Below, piece by piece: positions 24,179 through 35,366 of a stretch of 43,078 bases of DNA. The notes under the pieces were generated by a model. That model was not told the DNA's origin. It saw only the letters and a program-made list of their open reading frames with translations, and ran no database searches. Each line of letters starts with the position of its first letter. The stretch's first letter is position 1. Source of the stretch: Octopus bimaculoides (lineage: Eukaryota); assembly GCF_001194135.2 (NCBI RefSeq), contig NC_068989.1, positions 80,211,388 through 80,254,465 on the forward strand, read 5' to 3'. Made by a program: the position numbers and the translations under genes.

Positions 24179-24240
24179 CATACATACATACATACATACA
24201 TACATACATACTTACATACATACATACATACATACATAGA
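24137..24240. repeat. (GATA)n + (CATA)n compound microsatellite
   Basis: Direct inspection. Confidence 0.95.
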
Positions 24241-24901
24241 CAAAATTTAGCGTTGATCATCAGTAAAAATCCATAGATAACAACAAACATTTACTGGCAC
24301 TGTATATATTAGTCGTGTCATGTCCATTAATCATACAAAACTTTAGTAGGATTTCAACTTTTCTGTTAGCGTCATAATGAACCAATAAGATGAAATTTGA
24401 AACCCCCCTGTCAGATCTAATATACATGTGCACACATAGACAGAGGCACACGCACGCTCATACACGTATATCTATATATATGTATGTAGATAAGCATATT
24501 GGATCTGACAGGGATTCCAAGTTTCAACTTAGTGGTCGAATAAGTTGCTAAGGGAAAACTTCAAGACCCGGTCAACTCAAATATGATTAATGGAGTGATT
24601 CTACGAATATAAACATCAGTGAATGTTTGTTATTATCTATCATCGATATTGATTAACATCACTTATTGTTGCATACACAAACATACACACATAGAGACAG
24701 ACAGACAGAATGATATATATATAGATAGAGAGGGGGAGAGGGAGAGAGATACATATATATGTGTGTGGATGTAGAGAGAGAGAGAGAAAGAGAGAGATGT
24801 ATAGATATATAGATTGATGTACATATTTATATATACACATATAGATATATATACTTATATATCTATATATGCAAATACACACATATACGCATATATATAT
24901 A

Positions 24902-24904
<3 letters not shown>

Positions 24905-24971
<67 letters not shown>

Positions 24972-24978
24972 TGTGTGT
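24905..24978. repeat. (TG)n microsatellite
   Basis: Direct inspection. Confidence 0.95.
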
Positions 24979-25871
24979 AATATTAATGGTTTCTTATTAT
25001 GAAACCAATAGACTTTATACAGGGTTGCAAGGAGAAGTGCTCAGAAAAATTGAGACAAGAGTAAAATATTAGTTATAGAATAAAAACGCTAGGTTAACGA
25101 CTCAACATATCACACGCACTCAATGAACATATATAAGATATACAACATAATCCGTCAAACATAAGGAATAGGAAGATATAACATAAGAAAAATAACGTAA
25201 GAAGAAATAATAAATAAAAGAATAAGAGATATATAAGAAGTAAGATGCAAGAAATAGAACATATAGTATAAAATTCTATACACGAATATATTATACCAAC
25301 CGATAACATACAAATGAAAAAAAATTGAGTTAAAGGTATAAAACAATACACGTAAATATCATTTCATAGAAGTTAAAATTTATACGATTAGAAATTTCAA
25401 ATATATAATATAATATAGGTCGATATAAAAAATACAATAAAATAAAATAAAGAAACGCGGTACCATAAAGTAGTTCATCGGTTAAAAATCAAGGACAGAA
25501 ATGATTTAACACCATTTAGAGTTAGAACACAAAATTCTACATCTCCTTCGGGCACATTTTACAACTCAAATCCAGTAGACACCAATAGGCAAGTCCGCAC
25601 CAGTTAGGCATATACAAGAGTGAATAACAGGCACTCAGCAGGTATCAGCAGGTAAAACATGTAAAATTTAATTCCGCTCACCATGTCCAAAAGTTCACAA
25701 CACAAGGGTCAAAATACAAATACAGCACCCAGCAGGTATCAATCAGTAAAATCAATTTCACGAAAACTGCGTAAAACACCTATGGCCATTTCGCGGGTAC
25801 ACCACTGTATTCCAAACACAATAGAGTGCAATTTGGTGATGACCCCCTCGTCAGGGTAAACTTATATACAA

Positions 25872-25944
25872 ATGTCACGACATGCACAAAGGGAATGTGC
25901 TTGTCCTCACATTTGTGCATGTCCCTTTACACATGTCGTGACAT
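25872..25944. other. Imperfect ~73-nt hairpin with a perfect 13-bp outer stem
   Basis: atgtcacgacatg (25872-25884) / catgtcgtgacat (25932-25944); inner pairings aaaggga/tcccttt and atgtg/cacat. Confidence 0.85.
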
Positions 25945-25949
25945 GCCCC

Positions 25950-27088
25950 CTTATGCATGTCATCATGTGGTGTCCGTTTTCATTGGTGCATTTCTGAAGG
26001 CGTTCTTGGAAGTTGGCCTCCACTCTTCCAGCATTGCTCTGTCGATTTGGGCGACTTTCATGCGAATAGCTTCCTTCAAATCATCCAATGTACGGGGATT
26101 GTGCGCATACACACGTGCTTTAAGTTTTCTTCACAAGAAATAATCACACATGGACAAATCAGGTGACCGAGGGGGCCAGGGAATGTCAGCAAACCTGGAA
26201 ATGAGGCAGTGGCCGAAGAGAGGGCAAAGAACGTACATTGATGCTCTGTCTGTCTGGGTCGTCGCCCCAACCTGCTGAAACCAGACACGTCAAATGCGTT
26301 TTCGTCGTAATTCAGGCACAAAGAAGTTGTTTATCATCTCGATGTAACGCTAGGAGTTCTCAGTAACAGTATTCCGATTATTGTCTTCAAAAAAGCAAGG
26401 ACCAATGACGTCAGCTTTTCCAACAGCATGCCAGACCGTCACTTTTGGGCTGTGCAGTGGTCTTTCGTGTAGTTCTCTCGGATTTTAAAGAGTCCAATAA
26501 CGACAGTTCTGTTGATTCACCATGCTATTAAGATGAAAATGAACTTCATCACTCATTAACAAAAGGAGGTTGTCATTTGCCTCAAAAATTGTTTCCATCT
26601 GACGTGCATAGTCTCATGGTTTCAACTGTTGCCCAATGACCATTTGTACGGGTAGAAATGCCGGACTTCATGCAAAATACGCCTTAGCAATCGATTGCCG
26701 ATGCCGAGTTCAGTGGATGTCTCCGAGCAGAGCGGTTTGACGCGTTCCACATTTTCAAGGGTCCACCTGTCTCCTATTCATTATTGTACATCGTGTACGA
26801 AGTGCATTCACCCAACGAAAGATTGTGTTACGGGTGGGAACAGCGTGAGTTCGGTGAATTTTGAAGTGGCGCCGAGACTCATGCTAAACTGCTGTGACAG
26901 ATTGATTATTCTTCACGTAATTGTCGTAGGCAAACACGCGACGTTCTATCATCCACTCTACCGTAGCTTGATCTGAAGAAAAATGCTAAACCACCTCTGA
27001 CGGAATGGTACCTGTCGGTCATATGTCCCTCCCGCTGGGGCTGAGTAATAGCCATTTCCAAAACGTCCGTCCTCTCTGCCCCGCATTG
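25950..27088 (-). mobile_element. Tc1/mariner rosa-type (DD41D) DNA transposon with pseudogenised transposase (~26964 to ~25955)
   Basis: Minus strand: (ACG)VEWMIERRVFAYDNYVKNNQSVTAV..VPTRNTIFRWV (DUF4817-like HTH), MSDEVHFHLNSMVNQQNCRYW, LHSPKVTVW, IGPCFFED, VWFQQVGAT, 41 residues, then WPPRSPDLSMCDYFL, and NFQERLQKC..NGHH. The 5' end abuts TA at 27089-27090. Several stops and frameshifts. Confidence 0.95.
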
Positions 27089-27773
27089 TATATATATATA
27101 TATATATATATNNNNNNNNNNNNNNNNNNNNNNNNNNNNNNNNNNNNNNNNNNNNNNNNNNNNNNNNNNNNNNNNNNNNNNNNNNNNNNNNNNNNNNNNN
27201 NNNNNNNNNNNNNNNNNNNNNNNNNNNNNNNNNNNNNNNNNNNNNNNNNNNNNNNNNNNNNNNNNNNNNNNNNNNNNNNNNNNNNNNNNNNNNNNNNNNN
27301 NNNNNNNNNNNNNNNNNNNNNNNNNNNNNNNNNNNNNNNNNNNNNNNNNNNNNNNNNNNNNNNNNNNNNNNNNNNNNNNNNNNNNNNNNNNNNNNNNNNN
27401 NNNNNNNNNNNNNNNNNNNNNNNNNNNNNNNNNNNNNNNNNNNNNNNNNNNNNNNNNNNNNNNNNNNNNNNNNNNNNNNNNNNNNNNNNNNNNNNNNNNN
27501 NNNNNNNNNNNNNNNNNNNNNNNNNNNNNNNNNNNNNNNNNNNNNNNNNNNNNNNNNNNNNNNNNNNNNNNNNNNNNNNNNNNNNNNNNNNNNNNNNNNN
27601 NNNNNNNNNNNNNNNNNNNNNNNNNNNNNNNNNNNNNNNNNNNNNNNNNNNNNNNNNNNNNNNNNNNNNNNNNNNNNNNNNNNNNNNNNNNNNNNNNNNN
27701 NNNNNNNNNNNNNNNNNNNNNNNNNNNNNNNNNNNNNNNNNNNNNNNNNNNNNNNNNNNNNNNNNNNNNNNNN

Positions 27774-27815
<42 letters not shown>

Positions 27816-28076
27816 GTAATTAAAGTCCAGTATGTTATTTAGTGTAGGTGGCACAAACTCTCAAGTATATACTGAATCGGCTAAACAATAACTAAAGACC
27901 CACATATTTGAATATTCATCACTTTTAACTAATTAATTAATTCATTAACTATGTAACTTAATTACGTCATTGTATGAATGATAATATTTATTGCCAATGA
28001 AACAGCTGTTGTGCATAATTAAATTACTAAGTATAAATTACGACTGGCTTACATTCTACCAGTTGCCCGACCCGAT

Positions 28077-28077
<1 letters not shown>

Positions 28078-28132
<55 letters not shown>

Positions 28133-28160
28133 CCTGTCTATCTATTTATCTGTCTGTCTG
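28078..28160. repeat. (TCTA)n/(TCTG)n microsatellite
   Basis: Direct inspection. Confidence 0.95.
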
Positions 28161-29697
28161 TCTATTTCTTTCTTTCTGTTACTCACTCGCTCACTCTCTC
28201 TTTCTCTCTATTTATGTATACATGCATACACACACCATACTCATGAAGGTACACGACTCTTTACGAACCTTGGGGTCCATCGTTTCTATTTAATTCACAG
28301 ACATTATATACGTACACTCACACACAGCTGCACGTATAACACAGGTACATACACACATAATATATATATATAAAGTTATATCATTCACACACACACACAC
28401 ACACACACACTACATCATTGCAAAGAATTATCCCATCTTGTTATAGTAGAATATTAAATAACTCCAGAGTATGGTAGAATCGCCTTATAGTCAAATTTGA
28501 CGTGGATGACGGGAATATATATGAATATATGAATGACGTAATGCTAGCGGAAGGAAGGAAATATATTTCTTTTGTTGCTTGAATAAAGATGTTTTGCATA
28601 CGAAGTGTAAAGCAAAACTAAACAAAAAAACGGGACTAATGTTGCGCAGCACCACTGCAATTATCTATAAACAGTTGTAGATTGGTTTTTCTTATATTTC
28701 AAATGGAATATTCTAGCTTTCAAGTATTAAAAGGTGATGTATCTTAAGCTAATAAAGAGAGAGAGAGAAAATAAAAAAACAAGGATTCATGGAAATATCA
28801 TTCATTCTGCATGTTATATATGCACATGAATATGAATACATGAATACATGTACATGTGTACATATATNNNNNNNNNNNNNNNNNNNNNNNNNNNNNNNNN
28901 NNNNNNNNNNNNNNNNNNNNNNNNNNNNNNNNNNNNNNNNNNNNNNNNNNNNNNNNNNNNNNNNNNNNNNNNNNNNNNNNNNNNNNNNNNNNNNNNNNNN
29001 NNNNNNNNNNNNNNNNNNNNNNNNNNNNNNNNNNNNNNNNNNNNNNNNNNNNNNNNNNNNNNNNTACATATATGTATATATATGTAAATGTATGTATATA
29101 TGTATATAATATATGTGTGTGTGTGTGTGCATTTATACAGACAGAATATAAGGGGGAGAGAGAGAAGAAGGAATCAAAGAAAGATAGTGGGGTAGATAGG
29201 GACAGAAAGGAGGGGAGGGTGAGAGGCTGGGGGAATTGACTGCATAAAAAGAAGTTAAGTGTACTCAATACAAAATGTAGAATATATATATTGATTATAT
29301 ATTAAGACTCCCTTTTCTATTGTTGTGATTAGAAGTTTCATTTTGCTGATGATTGCGCAACGAGGGATACCACCCCAATCATTTTATTTGTAAGGCAGAA
29401 AAAATCCCTATTTTCACAAACAACACGCTCTCTCTTTATCTCTCTCTCTCTTACACAAACACATACACACGCTTACACGCATACGTACACTCACACACAC
29501 ACACACTCAGACACGCATACATATACATACATATATATACTTAAATATATATAAAAATGTATGTAAATATATATATGGGTATATATATATGTATGCATAT
29601 ATACACACATAGGTGGATATATATGTATATATATTTGTGTATACGTAAACATGTATATATACATATATACATACATACATGCATACCTGCAGATACG

Positions 29698-29749
<52 letters not shown>

Positions 29750-30699
29750 ATTTCGAAAACGTTCTTTAACATATCTCATAAATATGCATTATGATTTATA
29801 TCAAAACTTTACAATGTCTTGGTTTATAAACTAGAGTTGGAATTCGGTGAAGAAGTAAGATAACAGATTATATTTGATATTATTTGACTGATTTTTATCT
29901 TTTTCCATAATTGTTCGTCACTGTTACTATTGTTGGATTATTTCGCAAGTATTTTACCAAGAACTAGCTGAAGACTTATGATTTTCAGTGAGAAATAGTA
30001 TTCAGTAGCATTGTCAGAGAAAAGGAATATATTTTCGTTAGACTACAAAAAAAGCGTCCAAAACAAGAGGAAGTATCTATATATAGCAGAGTGATAATAT
30101 ATATTCTAAGACACAAAGATTAATAGGACAGTGTAAGTAAAACAGAAAATCTGATAAAAGCAAATTCGAACACATTGCACACAGCCATACACAGACACAC
30201 ATGCATATAAACACATGCACACACATATACATCTTCGTAAGTATCTATATGGATCTCCGTCGCTGGTGATGAAGAATATGGATTTTATTTTCCGATTAAA
30301 TCAATTTCTCATTGTAGTATATGGACGTGGTTGAGTATTCCATAGAAAGGTGTAGTAAGATCATAAACCTTGCTCAAAATCAGCCTGACACTGTGTGCAA
30401 TATGAATATTTGGATTACAGGTATAATCCATTCGACAGGCTTTCCATCTGTGAAAGTACGCTAGCATGACTTAGAGTCGAAGACAGGCTGTGTATAAAAT
30501 CACTTCTTTTTGACCCTACGCATTGGAAATAACCTATATATAGGTTTATTTGTACTTCCGACAATACAGTATTATCGCAATTTCGAGGATTTTACCTTGT
30601 ATAAAAAGAAACTGAAATGCTCCGTATTGTTAATCCAATGTCATACTTTACAGAAGAGAGATGGATGATACAATCAAAATAAGGGGCGGATATATTTCC

Positions 30700-30812
30700 T
30701 TGTCATATTTAGCTGCGGCACAAAACGCTGTGAGCTCGAATCGCATGGCGGCTTAGCTCTTTCTACGTGTATAGTCAATAAAATTAATTCTGACCAAAGA
30801 GTGGGCTTAATA
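30700..30812 (+). mobile_element. SINE family B, highly degraded
   Basis: 'cgctgtgagctcgaatcgc..agctctttctacgtgtatagtcaataaaattaattc' parallels the family B core. Confidence 0.4.
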
Positions 30813-30999
30813 TTATCGAATGTTGATGTATGATTTCTGGTCTTGTGCATGAACTAAAAATCAATACCATTCACAGGCAGGTGAATCTAATCCGATTAAA
30901 CCTTAAGTACTTCTATCGGGATAATGCAATATCTTTTACATAGTTGGACATTCTGAATTCAAATTCCGTCAGTGGCGATATTTATTAATGTCTTCTGAT

Positions 31000-31198
31000 T
31001 TAGGCACAAGAGGAGATGTTTTGCTGAGCGACGAGCTAGCCAGTACTATTGAATCCAGCAACTTAATTCTATGGACCCTGAAATTAAGAAAAGCAAAGAT
31101 GACTCCAGAGAGATTTGAAATCAGAATGTGAAGAACTGTAAGAAATACTGCAAAATACTTTTTTCCAACGCTCTCATAATTTTGCCGGTTCATCATAT
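31000..31198 (-). mobile_element. SINE family B (degraded, near full length)
   Basis: 'acttaattctatggaccctgaaat..aaaagcaaagatgactcc..gatttgaaatcagaatgt..aaatactgc..ccaacgctctcataattttgccggttc' is the reverse complement of family B. Confidence 0.75.
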
Positions 31199-32257
31199 TC
31201 ACTAGTTTAGTTAAGACCACTAATATATAATACTCAATTTGTTGACTATATCCATCTCCAGCAAATATTAGCCTTGTAAATTTAATTTTTCGGAGAAAAG
31301 CATTACTGTCAAAATTTCATATTTATCTCTTGCCAGTAAATTTGAATTTCCATTCGTTACAAAATAATATCGTTTTTGTTTTCTTGAAATCTATTTTACG
31401 TCATTTTAAAGGTTGGTTTCTGGCTATAAAAAGCTATGAATATACCGGATAATAAACAAGATTTTGAAGTTAAAACCATTGCAAAAACATATTGTCTCAA
31501 TAGTAAACTACTATAGATATAAAAATCGTTTTGTTTTCAGTAAATATTTCTGGTGCGTGTTATCAATAACACAAACATATCTAGCATTGATGCAATCCAT
31601 ATACATTTCTTTTTTCTTATCTTTTTGTGTAATATTTACAGAAATGGAATGTTGTAGAAAGTGCATAGCACTGCCTATTGTGTTACTTATGTCCTATAGG
31701 CTGTTTCCATAAGTCTATGATACAAGTTGAGCATAGAATAGAATATATGGAAGAGATAGTTACAAAGTATATCGTTTAAGATCATAAGAAATGATTAACA
31801 TACAGTCTTTGTTTTGCAGAGATGAAAGAAAACCGTAAGAGAGAAAAAAAATTGAAGAAAATATTGAAATATTAAAGGTGAATACTATGATAAGAAAAGC
31901 AAACTTAACACGTTCAGAAATACTATCTCCTTATTAGTTACCTTTCAAACCTAACAGGATTTCAAATACTTTTAGTTAATCTACATAAAGTTTTCTTCCT
32001 TAACTTTTCCGTTATTATTTTTATACGTTAATCTTTCTTCGTGCTTTCACAAAGATACGCGTTTCTTTAATCGTTTCAAGTACGTCATTTTCAGCAACAC
32101 TCTTTATGCAACAGGGTAAATTTCTCTTCGAACTATTCTTTTCCAAGATTAAATTCAGGATGAAGCCATCACTTTCATAAACTCAGTCATACTGTAAATT
32201 TGATCGGCGTTCCATTACATTCATTTCATATTTTACTTGTTTTTATAATGGACTATA

Positions 32258-32465
32258 GGTGGCGAGCTGGCACACTCGCTAGCACGTCGAGCAAAACGAT
32301 AATTCATTTTCCTGCCTCTTTATGTTCTGAATGAATTCCAATTCCGCTGAGGTTAACTTTACTTTGCATTTATTCTTCAGGTTCGAAAAAATAAAGTACC
32401 AGTGAAGTGTAGGGGGTCGATGTAATCGACTTGTCCCCTCCCCTCAAAGTTGCTGATCTTGGATC
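32258..32465 (+). mobile_element. SINE family B, full length
   Basis: Head 'ggtggcgagctggcacactcgctagcacgtcg' (A box), 'gttctgaa..ttccaattccgctgaggttaactt', 'ataaagtaccagtg..ggggtcgatgtaatcgacttgtcccctcccc'. Confidence 0.85.
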
Positions 32466-33676
32466 CTGTAACGAACAGGCGTCCTGTTCAGTTGAATGTT
32501 GTAATGTCAGTCACTTATATGTCCTGGAAACTCAGAACCGACTTTATAAGTCCTAGGACTCAAGCAAAATATTAAAAAAATACTAGTCCTAAGAATATAA
32601 TTAATTTTCATCATCTTCCTTTCCTTTGTAAAGCGTTTATACCTCTTACTTTCCATATTGTTCTTCTTTACTCCAGTCATTATCTGTAATTCTTCGTTTC
32701 GAGAACTTTAATCTTCAGAACATACGTTCCTCTTATTCAGTCGTGAAGCTCTAAAATATTGGAATCTATTTCAGTGCTTCTTACACGATGTGTAAATTCT
32801 TCACACAGAGGGTGGACAGTGTTCCTCGTCCAGCAACGAAAATGTTAGGAAAACATTTTTGGTTGCTATGATAAATTTCTTTCGTCGAAAACTATTAGTG
32901 GTAGCTACTACGGTGAAAACAAATACATTCTGTGGCTTGTAATTTTTAGCGCTTTCTACATGCAAAATTCTTGAATCTTGAAACTTGTTATTGTTTCAAT
33001 ATTTTAGAGAGATTACGCAATACAATTAATTACTTGCCATCAATAAGGAGATGAAAACGTTATGTTTACTAAAATGAAGAATCTAACATATGTATTTATT
33101 TTTACCTCTCTTTAATATTTCTATGGAATTTAATTCAGAATATCGTTAGCAAACAAACAATTTCAACATCTTGAATATAATAAATTTAACCTCAATATTC
33201 ACAGTGTAAGATAATAAAATTCTAACGTCTAAACAAATTCTACTCCGTTCACATTACCTTGGCTGACACTCATTCTCTACAAGAATCCTGCTTTAATTAT
33301 GATTGCTGTCGGCATTAACTATCAATGTAAACCGATATTCTGAAATGATCATCCTGAAATCTCAGTATTCTTGACGTAAATATTTCAGCGACCGAGAAAT
33401 ATAGACATTTCGCATCTACTAAAGCCGATAAATTGCTTTGCTCTTTTCAGTATATTAATAAAAACAAAACATTTATTAGCTGCTTGAAAATAATATTTTC
33501 ACTACGTAAATTGCCAAAGCTGCTCAAAATATGTATATACGTATGCGCTTTTGCATTTGTGTGTATACACGCACAAAAACACACACAACCCCACATCATA
33601 CACACACACATACACATGCCGACACACTTAGACATATATGCCCAGATATATATATATATCGAAGACCGGTAATTTT

Positions 33677-33721
33677 CGTGCGCTGACGAATGGTAAATAC
33701 CCAGAAACTCGAGTCCGTGCG
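33677..33721 (+). ncRNA. Minimal type I hammerhead ribozyme motif
   Basis: CGUGCG-CUGACGA-AUGGUAAAUACCCA-GAAA-CUCGAG-UC^-CGUGCG: complete core, 6-bp stem I (two G-U), palindromic stem III ACUCGAGU and a GUC cleavage triplet. Stem II is imperfect at its base. Confidence 0.6.
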
Positions 33722-33980
33722 TATCACGTCAGGTCGACGATGGGAAGGATGACTTCCCTTTGCAAATACTGATAGGGCACAGAAAGTGTGTCAATAGCCA
33801 ACTGGAGAAGGTGTTCCCCTGGTGCTACAAGCAACAGTAGCATTCGCCCTTAGTGGTTAGCCGCATTTAAGTGGCAAATATACTTCACGTTAAGCACATA
33901 AAAGCGAAAGGTGGTAAAAATAGTATTCGAATATCAGAGGTAGAGTAATATGCTTTATTAAAAAGCATCAAAAATATCAC

Positions 33981-34345
33981 CGCAGGACTGGCTGTGTGAT
34001 AAGAAGCTTGCTTCCCAATCACATGGTTCCGGTTTCAGTACCACTGCTTGTATCTTAGGTAAGTGTCTTCCAGTATAGCCTGGGGCTGACCAAGGCCTTG
34101 TGAGCGAATTTGGTAAGCGAAAACTGAAAGACGCTCGTCGTATATATGTATATATATGTTTGTATTATATATTTGTGCGCTTGTGTCTGTATTTGTCCCC
34201 TACCATCGCTTGACAACCGATGTTTGTGTGTTTATGTCTCCGTAACCTATAGAAAAATTCAAAGCGCCGGTTTCCTCGACTAAAAGGTGCTCCTGCAAAG
34301 CCACAGTCAAGGTGACTGAAACAAGTAAAAGGATAAAACAGAATA
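33981..34345 (+). mobile_element. SINE family A with an internal deletion in the 3' half
   Basis: 'cgcaggactggctgtgtgataagaagcttgcttcccaatcacatggttccggtttcagtaccactgc', 'gtaagtgtcttccagtatagcc', 3' 'ccacagtcaaggtgactgaaacaagtaaaaggataaaa'. Confidence 0.9.
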
Positions 34346-35124
34346 TATATAATGAACAGTTCTGTGATAGAAAATTCAACAAAGAAAAGTAATCTATCTG
34401 GTGAGAGATAAATATTGATATGTGGTTTGTGCCTGAAGAATACGTTTGAGTATTTCTCAACATATGAAACTAGCACTTAAAGACATGTTTTGTACCCTTT
34501 AAATACAAAATATAGATAGATAGAGAGAGAAAGAGGAAGGATCGGAAGGAGAGAAAGTAAGAGTGAGACAGAGAGGCACACAGACACGCCTATACATACT
34601 TATATGGACATACAATCATATGCATACATACATATATATATATACACACACATACATTCATACATACACACATACATATATGCATTCATGCATATATACA
34701 TATGTTCATACTTATACAGTGGTGATCTGTCATAGTCTTTGCCATGATGGCTGAAACAAACTCAAGACTATTATATAATTCACAAAATATATAAAGTTGT
34801 CTGTCAGTCTTCTTATAAACGCCGCTGGAGTGGTTAAAGTAAACAAAATTTGATGCTAGCATGCATATTTACAAATCTAAATGTCAAACAGAAAAGTAAG
34901 TTATCTTATATTTCCACGGTGTTTAAGACCACATTCTGATCGTTCGAAAATACATTTTTGTTGTTGTTTTGTTGTTGTTTTAATACAGAACTTAGGTAAT
35001 GGCGGCGTTCATGGTAAAGAGTTTAAGTTACTTCAAAGAGATTCTATTTCGATCCATTCTATTGACGATTTTCCAGTTAAAAGCAAGTAACGTGTCTTAG
35101 AGAAGTCTTGGTTTATATTACATT

Positions 35125-35147
35125 AGACATACAGACAGACAGACAGG

Positions 35148-35208
<61 letters not shown>

Positions 35209-35221
35209 GGATAGATAGATA
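35125..35221. repeat. (GACA)n/(GATA)n microsatellite
   Basis: Direct inspection. Confidence 0.95.
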
Positions 35222-35366
35222 ACACGCCGGGCGAAATGCTTAGCGGTATTTCGTCTGCCGTTACGTTCTGAGTTCAAATTCCGCAGAGGTCGACTTTGCC
35301 TTTCATCCTTTCGGGGGTCGATAAATTAAGTACCAGTTACGCACTGGAGTCGATGTAATCGACTTA
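35222..35366 (+). mobile_element. SINE family B, well-preserved copy running into an N-gap
   Basis: 'acacgccgggcgaaatgcttagcggtatttcgtctgccgttacgttctgagttcaaattccgcagaggtcgactttgcctttcatcctttcgggggtcgataaattaagtaccagttacgcactggagtcgatgtaatcgactta'. Confidence 0.9.

Noticed and set aside
25785-25808. hAT-like terminus 'cgcgggtacaccactg'
   Set aside because: No partner TIR or 8-bp TSD found nearby.
25812-25860. Hammerhead near-match on the minus strand (CUGACGA-GGGGGUCAUCACC-AAA-UUGCAC-UC)
   Set aside because: It lacks the G of GAAA, stem III is broken and no stem I can form.
29346-29365. CUGAUGA followed by a short palindrome (ttgcgcaa)
   Set aside because: Followed by CGAG rather than GAAA, with no flanking stems.
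29962-30008. CUGAAGA..GAAA motif on the plus strand
   Set aside because: No stem II or stem I pairing; a chance match inside AT-rich DNA.
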